DNA of 61,771 nt from contig CAMYIG010000002.1 in assembly GCA_947258425.1 (NCBI GenBank), forward strand, positions 3,154 to 64,924. The letters are read 5' to 3'. This document shows, in pieces, positions 42,096 to 52,240 of the stretch (positions within the stretch are counted from its first letter, which is position 1; each line of letters opens with the position of its first letter). Under the pieces are notes generated by a model that worked only from the letters and a program-made list of their open reading frames with translations, was not told the DNA's origin and ran no database searches. The position numbers and the translations under genes were made by a program. Origin of the DNA: an uncultured Gammaproteobacteria bacterium (GTDB lineage: Bacteria; Pseudomonadota; Gammaproteobacteria; SZUA-140).

Positions 42096-44834
42096 CTAAA
42101 ACAGCAGATTAAACCCTGTTGTTAACGCATTTCTCTCTGATCCAGCTAATGAGGTACTCTGGAATCGTAACCCAGCAAGAAACTCTTCATTTGTTAGCGT
42201 AGTTATAACGCCAAGATTAGAAATTGATTTAACATAGGCATAGTTAGCAAACACCCTCACCTTTCGGCTCATCCAGTAAGACACCCCGCCAGAAAGATTA
42301 TGTGTGCTGTTTTTCCGGTAACCGAGAAAATTAGTAAATGAGTCACGATTTTCATAACGGGTAATCGTGTACCCATAACTGACATTCCCCGTTATTCCAT
42401 TATTAAATCGATGATCAAATCTCATATTAAGCTGATGGCTACGATAAGCGTAATCGCTCGCTTCTATCTCAGTATTATCATTGCGAACATGATTGTAGCT
42501 CAACCGAACAGATGTTCGGTCACTAATACTCTGACTAATATCGCCGCCCAACCTCAGTGATTCTGAACTAAAAATTTTATTTGTCGCTGAATCAAAATTG
42601 GCCAGTGATGCTGACACAGTAAAGCCTGTCATTATTTTTTCATCTGAGAAAGGGTCAAATAGCTTCCAGAATTTAGCCCTTGTCATTATTTCAGAAAAGA
42701 AAATATCAGTAGAACTACTGCGTTGCTCGGTCAACAAACTTTGCGAAGCCCTTTTCGTATACCCGCCAACAACAGTATAACGTCCCGGTGTAATGGTTGC
42801 CGCCAGACTATTGCTTATGTTTAGAAAATCAAACTGACCCTTATGATAAGTTGAATATGTGGGCGAAGCCGTAAAACGCAGACCGAGGCTATTCTCCATT
42901 TTATATTGATAAGAAAGATTAAATGACATATCTGAGCGAAGCTCTGCTCCACTATTAGCAATCGTATCATCGGCCACAATATTATCGTCGAAGGATATTG
43001 AGTACCCCATGCCTGCAGTTAACCCTTTGATCTTTTTTTCTGTCGCAAACAACCTCGCTTTAATATCATCAGCAATTTTTTCATCAGGATTTTCCTGTAA
43101 AAGCTTACGGTATTCACTGATCGCCTTTTCTTCCTGGTTCAACCGCTCGAATGTACTGGCAATACTCAGGCGCGCACTAAAATTATCAGGTGACAATCTT
43201 ACAACATTTTCATAGGAATCCATCGCCTTTAAAAAGGACTCTTCACGAGTGTAAATAAGCCCCAGATAATAATAGGCAGTCACGTTATCAGGCCTATCAA
43301 CGATCATCTCTTTAAACTCTTTTTCCGCCAATCGAAGTCTGCCATCACTAAAATTTTTCTTTGCCATAACAAGCCGAAGCGACGCGACCAAAGCATCTGC
43401 TTGTTCAATATCAATAGTCAGCATCACGGCACGGGAATAAGCCTGGGCGGCCTCATCAAACTTAATCAGACCCTCTGCAATCGCACCTTTAATTCTAAAA
43501 ATTTGCGCGCTAAAAGGACTCAGCTCTGCCGCCGTAGATATCATTTCATAGGCTTCTTCTTTACGCTTAACCTGCGTATAAAATTGGGCTAATTTAAAAT
43601 AAGCTTCAATATCTTTAGCGTTCTTACTGATTCTGTCTAAGAGAAATGCCTCAACAACCTCCGCTTTTTCTTCTTTAGTCATTTCGCCAAAGAGGTCTTC
43701 ACCACTCATTTCTTCACCACTTATGTCCTTTAGTGTTTTTTCAGCTTCAGCAGCATACTTTGTTCCCTTTCCTTCGACGATCAGTTTTTCTAACAGGTCA
43801 ATCGCCAGGCCGGTCTGTTTCGACATCAAATACAAACCTGCAAGCTGAGATTTTGCCTCGAGATGCCCCGGCGCTAACGTTAATAATTTCTGATAACTCT
43901 CCTCAGCTGGCTTAATCTTACCAAGCTGGCTATAAGAGCGTCCCATCAACATAAGTGCAGGGATGCTATCAGGATTCACTTCGATAACCTCACTGAGGAT
44001 ATCCAGTGCATCCTGATGATTACCACTTGAAGCAATCAGGTTTGCCTCGATAAGCCCCAGTCGCTCTTTTGCCTGCTTTCCACTCGAACTCTCAGGATCG
44101 AACGAAACTACCTTTTCGAGACTTTCAATCGCCTTCGAAAGGTCTCCACGACGCTCATAGATACTTGCCAGGTTCAGATAACTTCCTGCGTGCCCTGGAT
44201 TTTGTTCAAGCACTTTGTTAAATTCGACTTCAGCCTGATCCATTTTTTTTAGAAAGAAATAGCTCAGCCCAAGGCTATATCTCATAGACGGATCATCTGG
44301 GTATTGCTGTACAAGCCGATCAAAAATAGGCACGGCCTTATCAAGGCTGCCACTTCTTGCTAGCTTCGTCGCTGAAAGATAATCTATCTTTTTATTTGCC
44401 AGCAAATAATCCTCCGAACCGGCCACAGCAAGCTCTCGTACTTTCCTGTAGGTTAATATCGCATCGTCATAAAGCGACCTGAACTCATAAGAGTATGCCA
44501 ATGATTTATGATAGCTAATACTTTCAGGCACTAACTCCACAGATCTTTTTAAATGCTCAATACCTTCATGGAAATGACCCATACGAACTAGAATCACACC
44601 TGTTTTTGCGTGCGCTTCAGCGTTGTCTTTATCGATCGCAAGTACTTTTTCAAGCAGTATCAATGCCGTAGAAAAGTCACCTCTTTCAAATTTACTCTGT
44701 ACCTCTCCAAGCAGTTTTGATGTTTGATCTATACCTTTTACAGTGCTCTGATCACCTTCTAATGCAACTGTAACAATAGGAGCCCCTGATAGCACAAAAT
44801 ACAAAAAGAAAATGATCAAGTACCGTATATTCAT
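42096..44834 (-). CDS. Secreted fusion of a long TPR array (about 570 aa) with a C-terminal OM beta-barrel (about 310 aa)
   Basis: Has a signal peptide and many TPR units. From about GLTAGMGYSISF the sequence shows the alternating hydrophobic pattern of amphipathic beta strands. It ends ...TTGFNLLF, with a terminal Phe. Confidence 0.75.
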   Translation of the reverse strand: MNIRYLIIFFLYFVLSGAPIVTVALEGDQSTVKGIDQTSKLLGEVQSKFERGDFSTALILLEKVLAIDKDNAEAHAKTGVILVRMGHFHEGIEHLKRSVELVPESISYHKSLAYSYEFRSLYDDAILTYRKVRELAVAGSEDYLLANKKIDYLSATKLARSGSLDKAVPIFDRLVQQYPDDPSMRYSLGLSYFFLKKMDQAEVEFNKVLEQNPGHAGSYLNLASIYERRGDLSKAIESLEKVVSFDPESSSGKQAKERLGLIEANLIASSGNHQDALDILSEVIEVNPDSIPALMLMGRSYSQLGKIKPAEESYQKLLTLAPGHLEAKSQLAGLYLMSKQTGLAIDLLEKLIVEGKGTKYAAEAEKTLKDISGEEMSGEDLFGEMTKEEKAEVVEAFLLDRISKNAKDIEAYFKLAQFYTQVKRKEEAYEMISTAAELSPFSAQIFRIKGAIAEGLIKFDEAAQAYSRAVMLTIDIEQADALVASLRLVMAKKNFSDGRLRLAEKEFKEMIVDRPDNVTAYYYLGLIYTREESFLKAMDSYENVVRLSPDNFSARLSIASTFERLNQEEKAISEYRKLLQENPDEKIADDIKARLFATEKKIKGLTAGMGYSISFDDNIVADDTIANSGAELRSDMSFNLSYQYKMENSLGLRFTASPTYSTYHKGQFDFLNISNSLAATITPGRYTVVGGYTKRASQSLLTEQRSSSTDIFFSEIMTRAKFWKLFDPFSDEKIMTGFTVSASLANFDSATNKIFSSESLRLGGDISQSISDRTSVRLSYNHVRNDNTEIEASDYAYRSHQLNMRFDHRFNNGITGNVSYGYTITRYENRDSFTNFLGYRKNSTHNLSGGVSYWMSRKVRVFANYAYVKSISNLGVITTLTNEEFLAGLRFQSTSLAGSERNALTTGFNLLF

Positions 44835-44838
44835 ATCA

Positions 44839-45750
44839 TCAATAATAAATATTTATTTTAAACAATGCGTGCCAGCCATTTAGATCAAGCTCCATTTTCC
44901 TGTATCCACCGCCATCTTCATCTGATAAATAACCTAGCTTGCCACTACCATCATTAACACCACCCGTCGGATAGGTAATGGATACGGTATCCTGTGGTTG
45001 AAAATCATTACTTGAATTTGCAGTACCCAGCTCGAATTTATTCAAACCAAAGGCATAACCCAGGTCCAGCCCTAGTGACAACCAGTCACGCATATAAAAC
45101 TCACCACCTATCGCTGGCTGAATCATCAAATGGCCAGTGGCCTGGGTCTCTAGGCGTGTAATTCGCTTAAACGTTTCACCTGGGTTTAGTGAGTCATCAA
45201 ACTCAAACACAAAGCTTTCACGAAAGTCGATATCAAACACTTCATTTAATAAAATACGACTATAAAAAGTGAATCGCTTGTGTCTTTTGACTAAATCTCG
45301 ACGCCACCCGAGGTAGTATTGAAGGTATCCAATACTTGCACGGCGTGTATATACCGTATCGGTGAGTCGCCCCTGAAATGGTAATGTTGTCTTTACACGA
45401 GCAGTGCTCACTCCTTCCCAGGCACTTAAACCGATTACAAAGTGATTTCTTTGGTCAACTTCCATACGAAATTCAATGCCCGCTTCCGTCCCATACGTAA
45501 TCTTTGGAAGTGGATTATCTATATCATATCTAACTTGACGTGGCCCAGCACCGTCCTGAAATAAAAGTTCACCCGATAAAGGTAAGCTTGCGCCGAGCAC
45601 TTTATCATTGATGAGCCCAAGATCTGGACTATGGATACCGAGCATCGGTGATACGCTCCACCTAACTTCGGCCATGGCTGTGCCCATCATCAAAGTAGAA
45701 ATTACAAAGACGAGTAATAAAGGCCCCTTATGAATGAAGAAATTAAGCAA
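44839..45750 (-). CDS. Putative OM beta-barrel protein (303 aa, TTG start 1 nt after the MMPL stop)
   Basis: Signal peptide MMGTAMAEV, alternating beta-strand pattern and an aromatic C-terminus FKINIYY. Confidence 0.65.
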   Translation of the reverse strand: MLNFFIHKGPLLLVFVISTLMMGTAMAEVRWSVSPMLGIHSPDLGLINDKVLGASLPLSGELLFQDGAGPRQVRYDIDNPLPKITYGTEAGIEFRMEVDQRNHFVIGLSAWEGVSTARVKTTLPFQGRLTDTVYTRRASIGYLQYYLGWRRDLVKRHKRFTFYSRILLNEVFDIDFRESFVFEFDDSLNPGETFKRITRLETQATGHLMIQPAIGGEFYMRDWLSLGLDLGYAFGLNKFELGTANSSNDFQPQDTVSITYPTGGVNDGSGKLGYLSDEDGGGYRKMELDLNGWHALFKINIYY

Positions 45751-45751
45751 A

Positions 45752-48250
45752 TCAAACGGCCTTACTTTTAAATCCCGTTTTGATCAGTGTCAGTAAAAGT
45801 GGAAGCAGCACCAGCGCTGCAATACAACTTATTACCATATACACACTCACAAATGCACCGAGTTTAATATGCGGTGGAAATTGCGAAGCAAGTAATATCA
45901 TAAACCCGACCGTGACTACGGCCGCATTATATACAACTGTTTTTCCTACACTTCGCATAGACTCAACTACTGCGTCCTCATGCCCCAACGCCCTCTTCCT
46001 CTCATATCTATATTTATACAAATAATGTACTGCGTAATCGACACCTACGCCAATGGCAACACCAGCAGCGAGTGCGGTCGAAACATCGAGTGGAACACCA
46101 AGAAAGCCGATACCCCCAGCGACCACAAGCGTTGTAGCGGTTACAGGTACGACGGTAAGTAAACCGAGTATGAATGAACGAAACAGTAATATGGCAATTA
46201 TCAGGATTCCAATCTTTGATATAAGTACTGCCATTATCTGGCTATCTATTAACAAATCCGCCCAGATATAAGAGTTGTTTGCGGAGCCGGCCATATTAAC
46301 TTTAACATCAAAACCGGCCATCTCTTGTAACACATATTCATTGACCTTCGCTACGATCTCTTTCAGGTACTGTGTCTCATCCGTCTTAATTAAAAATGAA
46401 ATGTTCGCCTGCCGATAATCATAATCGATCACTTCATTTAGCTCATCAGGCCTACCTGATATCGATAACAAATAAAGAAACTCATTAACTTCGGCTTCAG
46501 TATCTGGCATTCGATCGTACTTTGCATCGCCATTATTAAGATTTTTATTGACGCTTTTAAGGTAATCAACAATTGAAATTGAATCGCCAACCAGCGAATG
46601 TCCTTCTACATGTCGCTGCATGCTCTCTATCTTTTTTAGTAACCCCGGTGATTTAAGCGCCCCAGGTTTACTGCCTTCCACTACAACATTCAGAAATATC
46701 GAGCCATCCATTCTTTCATTAATTAAATCATTTGCGATGGAAACGTCGCTTTCTTTATTAAAGTCGCTCATCCAGCTTGAATTAACGTAGATTTTACTAG
46801 CACCAAATGCGGATACAATAAACACAAGCATCGCTACTATAACAATCATTTTATTATTGCGAATTGAAAAATGACCCCAGCTTACAAGTAAGCGTCCAAC
46901 TGTACCATCTTCCTCGTGTACTCTTAATGACCGCTTCTTCTTGAGGTAGTCTCCAACCTTAGGTTTTAGCACTGTCAATATCGATGGCGCTAATAGTACT
47001 GAAAGTAGCCAGCAATAGATTATTCCTATCACAGTAAATAACCCGAACACTTTAAATGGGGGCATTTCTGAAAACATCAGCGCAAGAAAGCCAATCACGG
47101 TTGTTATCGTTGTTGTTATTAATGGTGGCGCTAGCTGAACCATAACACCTGTCACAATTTCACTTGATTTCCCATGCGGATTTTTCAGCACATGATCATA
47201 ATATCGACTCATCACATGCATCGAATCACCTATACCAACGGCAACTAGTATCACGGGTAGCATCGTGGATATCGTGTACATTGGAACATTAAAAAAGGCC
47301 ATGGTTCCCATTGTCCAAATAACAGCACTGGTAATGACAATCATTGGAATAAATACGCCACGCCATGTTCTATAAAATAAATATAACATCGCGCCAAGCG
47401 TCACTAACAGTAAAGGAATCATCACCTGAATATCTTTTAAGGCACTTAAACCTGAAGTAACTTCTATGACTGGACGGCCCGCCATGTATAGCACATCTCC
47501 ATTTTCATCTGCACTGATGACTTTTTCGAGGTTGCCCGGATCCATTCCGACAGGCCATGATTCTTTTTTAGCTTCAACCCCAGTATTGTTTTTATCACTA
47601 ATGTCGCTTTCAGTACCATTCCATTCAGATGAATCGCTCCATCCTCCACTCCACTTACTATCCAGCCCACGCTCACTGTCCAGCATCGATTTAATTGCCC
47701 AGTACGTGCTGTACCTATTTGCAATCCCCTCTTTAAGCTTCGCTCGAATTATGGCGACTTTGCCATCTTCTGAAATAATATTACCCACAAAAAGATCTGC
47801 ATTTCGCTCAATTGAATCGCGTACTTGTTCAAATTCTTCTGGTGTTTCTGGAATCATTTCCATGACCCGCACTGAACCAAGCGTCTCTTCATCACCACTA
47901 AATGCACTCGCCGTAGAAATAGACATAACATCTATCACACGATTAGCCGCAACACCGGGTAGTTTCGCGACCTTTTCAGTAATTCGTTTAACACGCCTAA
48001 GAGTTTCAGCGTTGTACACACCCTTTTCTTCATTGACAATCGCAATCATAATGGCGTTTTTTACACCAAATGTATCCGCCACTATCTCATCATAGATGAT
48101 GGCATGATGCCCTTTTGGTAGATAAACACGTGCATCAGTTTCCCACTGCAATTTATCTATCTGCATTGCGCAGAACAGTGTAAATACCATCAATGCAATT
48201 ATTATTATCTTAGGGTAGCCAATGACGTACCCATATAATTTATGCCACAT
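45752..48250 (-). CDS. MMPL / HAE3-type RND superfamily inner-membrane transporter
   Basis: 832 aa with two blocks of about 6 TM helices, each preceded by a large soluble loop. The N-terminus is typical of MMPL/RND exporters. Confidence 0.82.
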   Translation of the reverse strand: MWHKLYGYVIGYPKIIIIALMVFTLFCAMQIDKLQWETDARVYLPKGHHAIIYDEIVADTFGVKNAIMIAIVNEEKGVYNAETLRRVKRITEKVAKLPGVAANRVIDVMSISTASAFSGDEETLGSVRVMEMIPETPEEFEQVRDSIERNADLFVGNIISEDGKVAIIRAKLKEGIANRYSTYWAIKSMLDSERGLDSKWSGGWSDSSEWNGTESDISDKNNTGVEAKKESWPVGMDPGNLEKVISADENGDVLYMAGRPVIEVTSGLSALKDIQVMIPLLLVTLGAMLYLFYRTWRGVFIPMIVITSAVIWTMGTMAFFNVPMYTISTMLPVILVAVGIGDSMHVMSRYYDHVLKNPHGKSSEIVTGVMVQLAPPLITTTITTVIGFLALMFSEMPPFKVFGLFTVIGIIYCWLLSVLLAPSILTVLKPKVGDYLKKKRSLRVHEEDGTVGRLLVSWGHFSIRNNKMIVIVAMLVFIVSAFGASKIYVNSSWMSDFNKESDVSIANDLINERMDGSIFLNVVVEGSKPGALKSPGLLKKIESMQRHVEGHSLVGDSISIVDYLKSVNKNLNNGDAKYDRMPDTEAEVNEFLYLLSISGRPDELNEVIDYDYRQANISFLIKTDETQYLKEIVAKVNEYVLQEMAGFDVKVNMAGSANNSYIWADLLIDSQIMAVLISKIGILIIAILLFRSFILGLLTVVPVTATTLVVAGGIGFLGVPLDVSTALAAGVAIGVGVDYAVHYLYKYRYERKRALGHEDAVVESMRSVGKTVVYNAAVVTVGFMILLASQFPPHIKLGAFVSVYMVISCIAALVLLPLLLTLIKTGFKSKAV

Positions 48251-48285
48251 ACCTTTCCCTTATCCGCTATTCATTCCAACAGCGA

Positions 48286-49776
48286 TTAAAATGTATATTT
48301 AAACTCCATAAACACTCTGGAGTTATTGTGAAAATTACCAAAAAACTGTGCGTTCTGTACCGTTGTATCAGCAGTTGTACCAAATACCCGTCCTCGCTCA
48401 GCCTCAATACCTATCTTTGATGAGCTGCCATAAAATATATCCATGCCCGTTGCAATCTGAAAATGATCAGTGACATCAAATGTAATTTTAGGTTTTACGT
48501 AACTTTCGCGGGCATTTAGAATATTAATGTAGAGCAGTTGAAAAACCGCTGATTTTTCTGGCATCGGTTTGCGAATAAACAGGGCAAGAGAGGTGTCAAA
48601 CTCATCCTGAAAAAGCACCGGGTCATAATCGATTATGTACCATTGTGCTATTGCCGGGGAGATATCCATTCCCCAAATATTCATATCTATTCCCAATCCC
48701 CAGCGTATGTGTTTTCTTTGCAGTACGCCGTCAGAGTCCAGAAAACCATCACCATCAATATCTGTATCATTCTCCAAACCAAAGAACTTGTCGGGTACGT
48801 ATACGAATTCACCTTTAACAATATTCTCACCAACCGGCGTCACAAACGTCGCCCCGTACATATTTAACCGGGTTACGGTTGGAAAGAAAGTAGGTTCTGA
48901 GGTACTCGCTATTCTTGATGTTCTGAAAACTACAGGAAAATCATCCCACGTGTAGAAATAACTAAGCCCAACTTCGGTGCCTAGAATCTCTTTGGTATAT
49001 CTGATTCCAATTTCAGAGTTTCTTAATTTTTTTGGATCGGGTTTTGTTCTATTTGGCACATCCTGCAGTAGTTCCCATTCTGATCCAAGCGGCGCTGCTT
49101 TATGTAACTTTAAATCTGGTATCCATAAAAATTGCCAGGTCGAAGCCTCTGCATAATAATCTATCTTAGCGCTCCAAAGTGGTATGCGGTAATCAAGTAG
49201 ATCCAGCAGTATCAGCTCCCTAAAATCCATTGGATTTATTTCGTCTGTCAGACGCATGCCTTCCAGCACTCCCCAGACTACAAACTGCTTGCCCAGGCGA
49301 ATATCCATATTATCGGTAAAGATATCCAGATAGAGTTCTCTGATTTCTCCAGCAGGTGAATCTTTTTCTTGTTCAAGGTTATCAACAAAAACAAGCGGCT
49401 GTGACTCATCGCGAACTATGCGTGCTGCGATTGTTTCATAATCAAACAGGTCATACGCATGATCATAATAAGCCCAACCCGAGAAGGTTATCGATGAATT
49501 AGCCGTTGGTGAGTATTGACCACCCAGCGAAAATATATTTCTAATTTTGGTGATTGATCTTGGCTCACGAAATCGATAGGCGGTCTCATTCTTTATATAG
49601 CCATTAAATGTCCAATCATCGATAAAGCTCTTAAAATAGCCATCTTCACTATCCACTTCTTCGGCAGACGCGCACCCTATTGTAAAAGCACTTACTACAT
49701 AGAACAGAATTACAAGCGCCCTAGCTGGTAGGGCGCGACTTAACCTATGCCTTCTTGTGATTTGCATTGTTCGCAT
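48286..49776 (-). CDS. Putative OM beta-barrel protein (496 aa; tentatively DUF1302-like)
   Basis: Signal peptide, extended alternating-strand pattern and the terminal motif EFKYTF. Confidence 0.7.
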   Translation of the reverse strand: MRTMQITRRHRLSRALPARALVILFYVVSAFTIGCASAEEVDSEDGYFKSFIDDWTFNGYIKNETAYRFREPRSITKIRNIFSLGGQYSPTANSSITFSGWAYYDHAYDLFDYETIAARIVRDESQPLVFVDNLEQEKDSPAGEIRELYLDIFTDNMDIRLGKQFVVWGVLEGMRLTDEINPMDFRELILLDLLDYRIPLWSAKIDYYAEASTWQFLWIPDLKLHKAAPLGSEWELLQDVPNRTKPDPKKLRNSEIGIRYTKEILGTEVGLSYFYTWDDFPVVFRTSRIASTSEPTFFPTVTRLNMYGATFVTPVGENIVKGEFVYVPDKFFGLENDTDIDGDGFLDSDGVLQRKHIRWGLGIDMNIWGMDISPAIAQWYIIDYDPVLFQDEFDTSLALFIRKPMPEKSAVFQLLYINILNARESYVKPKITFDVTDHFQIATGMDIFYGSSSKIGIEAERGRVFGTTADTTVQNAQFFGNFHNNSRVFMEFKYTF

Positions 49777-50198
49777 ATAATTACATGGCTCTTACCAGGT
49801 ACCATTCCAAATATAACTTCATCGCCTTTATTCATCTGCTTAGTACAGCAATTGCAGACCACTTCCTTATTTAGCGTCAATTTCTCCCAACCAATGACCT
49901 CCTCGAATACATTCTTTTTCGCTTCTTCGGCCAAACCAGTTCGGTTTACCGCTTTCTCTTGCGTCAAAACCTCGGCATCGATATTTTCAATATAATCGGT
50001 CAATATATTCCTGATTAGAATTGAGACTGGGATTCCAAGTGCCTCTGCCTTCAACAAGATTCTTTCACGCAACACTTTTGGCACGCGCGCACCAAGATAC
50101 TCCTGCTTCCGCTTTTCTGCGGCCGACATCGCTTGCTGACGCATCGCATCCGCTCGTTCTGTCATCATTTCTCTCATACTGTCTCGTTTATTTTCCAT
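49740..50198 (-). CDS. Ribbon-helix-helix (CopG/Arc-like) DNA-binding domain fused to a C-terminal Cys4 zinc-ribbon-like domain
   Basis: 152 aa. RVPKVLRERILLKAEALGIPVSILIRNILTDYI fits a beta-alpha-alpha RHH fold. The C-terminus carries CNCC...CEQC. Its 3' end overlaps the 496-aa gene start by 28-37 nt. Confidence 0.65.
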   Translation of the reverse strand: MENKRDSMREMMTERADAMRQQAMSAAEKRKQEYLGARVPKVLRERILLKAEALGIPVSILIRNILTDYIENIDAEVLTQEKAVNRTGLAEEAKKNVFEEVIGWEKLTLNKEVVCNCCTKQMNKGDEVIFGMVPGKSHVIICEQCKSQEGIG

Positions 50199-50240
50199 TG
50201 CGCCTCCAAACTATTTGTCTTAAAATACCGTGAAGTATCA

Positions 50241-50266
50241 CATTGTATAACAAATGTTATACAATG
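50241..50266. promoter_or_regulatory. Perfect 12-2-12 inverted repeat; candidate operator
   Basis: The sequence is cattgtataaca aa tgttatacaatg. It lies 43-68 nt upstream of the RHH regulator start codon and just downstream of a terminator. Confidence 0.6.
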
Positions 50267-50276
50267 TCAATCGCAA

Positions 50277-50305
50277 ATAAAAAAAGGCCATGTCATAACA
50301 TGGCC
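50277..50305 (-). terminator. Rho-independent terminator after the LolA-like gene pair
   Basis: On the minus strand, GGCCATG-ttatga-CATGGCC is followed by TTTTTTTATTT. Confidence 0.75.
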
Positions 50306-50338
50306 TCTCCATCATAAAAACTCCAACAATATCAGCTG

Positions 50339-51229
50339 CTAATTTCTGCTCTCAATACCTGACTTCAATGTCCTTTTCGAGAACTGACGATCACTTAAGC
50401 CAGAATCTACTTCAACATCGCTCATTTCGAAAGTCGACTTGTGTCGCTCCTGCAGGTCTGTCACCACAACTCGTCGCCACATCCATGCATCCCCCACCTT
50501 CTGCCAATCGAGTAGCTGTTCTTTAAGCAGAACACCCTTACTATCGTAATATGCTATTTTTTTAACCACACACTGCTCCCAGCCAGCGGCATCATCACCC
50601 TTATCGATCCAGAAAAACCTTTTTGAGTACAAGCCACCTTTAGTCCGTGGCGTACTTTCAACCTTATAGAATGACTCCCCACCCAAATCGTCCATACCTT
50701 TATAGAAATGCTGGTCGTCATCTAAGGGACGAAAGCTCACATCCTGATACGTTAAATCGGAATTCAGAAACCGATCGCCAGGATCCCGTATTGTGACTCG
50801 GCGAGTCTTCCTTAACACTGGTAAATAAATCCACTGTTCGGCACTTTTTCCTGATTCCGGCGTAAATGCTGTCCGCATAAATGCCCCACCCTTAGAATCG
50901 GGTGGAAACTCGGTAAATAACATCATTTTTTCAATGACGTTTCCCTTACCCCCATAATCTTTCCAGTAGCGTCGATAAATACTTTTCTTTTTGTTACCAC
51001 TAGCATCTTCAAGGGTAACCGTAAATGTTGATGTCTGATCTTTACCTGCAAACTTATAGGCACACTGACTGATCAGCTCTTTACCCGTTAAAACACCCGA
51101 TAAATTCGTCTCTTCAGCCTTAATTTCAGATACAAAAAGAGAGGTGACTAATGCCATTATCACGATGGAATAATTTATATTATTCCATCTGTCATTATTA
51201 CTTACCAATAAAGAATTAAGATTTATCAT
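50339..51229 (-). CDS. LolA-like outer-membrane lipoprotein-sorting family protein (paralogue 2)
   Basis: Contains EQWIYLPVLRKTRRVTIRDPGDRFLNSDLTYQDV and has a signal-like N-terminus. The start is taken at the ATG at 51229 (MINLNS...), which avoids overlap with the upstream gene. Confidence 0.78.
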   Translation of the reverse strand: MINLNSLLVSNNDRWNNINYSIVIMALVTSLFVSEIKAEETNLSGVLTGKELISQCAYKFAGKDQTSTFTVTLEDASGNKKKSIYRRYWKDYGGKGNVIEKMMLFTEFPPDSKGGAFMRTAFTPESGKSAEQWIYLPVLRKTRRVTIRDPGDRFLNSDLTYQDVSFRPLDDDQHFYKGMDDLGGESFYKVESTPRTKGGLYSKRFFWIDKGDDAAGWEQCVVKKIAYYDSKGVLLKEQLLDWQKVGDAWMWRRVVVTDLQERHKSTFEMSDVEVDSGLSDRQFSKRTLKSGIESRN

Positions 51230-51254
51230 AAACCACTTACCTTGATCATTCTTT

Positions 51255-52109
51255 TTACTTACCCAGAGCTCTCGGCCCAACCCGCAGTGTTCTTGCCGAA
51301 AATAAACTATCGTCTAATCCAACATTAACCTCAACATCACTCACTACAAATATAGATACATGACCTGTTAATACATTTCTAACCAATACACGATCCCAAA
51401 TCCAGGCGCCTTTAACCTGCTGCCATTTATTAAACTGTACTTTTGCGAGATTCCCTTCTTTCGTATAATAGTCGATACGCGCACTTACACAAGCTTCAGG
51501 GGCTTCTCCCTTCAAAAACCATTGAACACGCTTGCCGTAAATGCTTTTTCCAACTGGAATGCTTTCTACCTGATAGAACTCTAATCCCTGCACTTTCTTA
51601 ACCCCAAGAAAACGGTGATTATCAGCAGTCACCAAGCGCTGCCCAACATCGGCATATGAAAGATCAGAATTTAAAAAACTATCAGCAGGGTCGCGAATAG
51701 AAACTCTTCGTATTTTTTTTAGTAATGGAAGATAGATCCACTGATCGGCTTCTTTCTCAGATACTCCAGTATAGGACACTCGCATAAATGAAGAACCAAC
51801 GGCATCTGGTGGATACTCAGTAAAGAGCAACATTTTATCAAATACACCATCAACGCCACCGTAACTCTTCCAGTAGCGATGATAGACACTACGTTTTTCT
51901 GTCCCCTGCTGTGGATTCTGAAGAATTACTGTTAATTTAGAGCGCTGATCACTGCCTGCATTTTTAATCGCGCAATTAGCAACAATACTCTCTGCAGATA
52001 TATCAGGCCTTTCTTCAGCTACTACCATACAAGTAGGCAATAAAAACATATAACTCAAAACATAAGTTATCGCTCTAATGCGTACTTTCTTAATTTTGCC
52101 TGCCATCAT
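51255..52109 (-). CDS. LolA-like outer-membrane lipoprotein-sorting family protein (paralogue 1)
   Basis: Has a signal peptide and contains DQWIYLPLLKKIRRVSIRDPADSFLNSDLSYADV. It is clearly paralogous to the next gene. Confidence 0.8.
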   Translation of the reverse strand: MMAGKIKKVRIRAITYVLSYMFLLPTCMVVAEERPDISAESIVANCAIKNAGSDQRSKLTVILQNPQQGTEKRSVYHRYWKSYGGVDGVFDKMLLFTEYPPDAVGSSFMRVSYTGVSEKEADQWIYLPLLKKIRRVSIRDPADSFLNSDLSYADVGQRLVTADNHRFLGVKKVQGLEFYQVESIPVGKSIYGKRVQWFLKGEAPEACVSARIDYYTKEGNLAKVQFNKWQQVKGAWIWDRVLVRNVLTGHVSIFVVSDVEVNVGLDDSLFSARTLRVGPRALGK

Positions 52110-52180
52110 GATTTCATCATCCTATCTACTCATCAGATAATTTATATCACTAACACGGAACTGATAACACAAATAATTAA

Positions 52181-52212
52181 ACCAAAATAAAAAGGGGCCC
52201 GGAGGCCCCTTT
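52181..52212 (-). terminator. Rho-independent terminator after the secreted-protein gene
   Basis: A 9-bp stem, aaaggggcc / ggccccttt, closes a 4-nt loop. On the minus strand it is followed by UUAUUUUGGU. Confidence 0.8.
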
Positions 52213-52240
52213 AACAATCACTAAATTTAAGTGATTTAGA

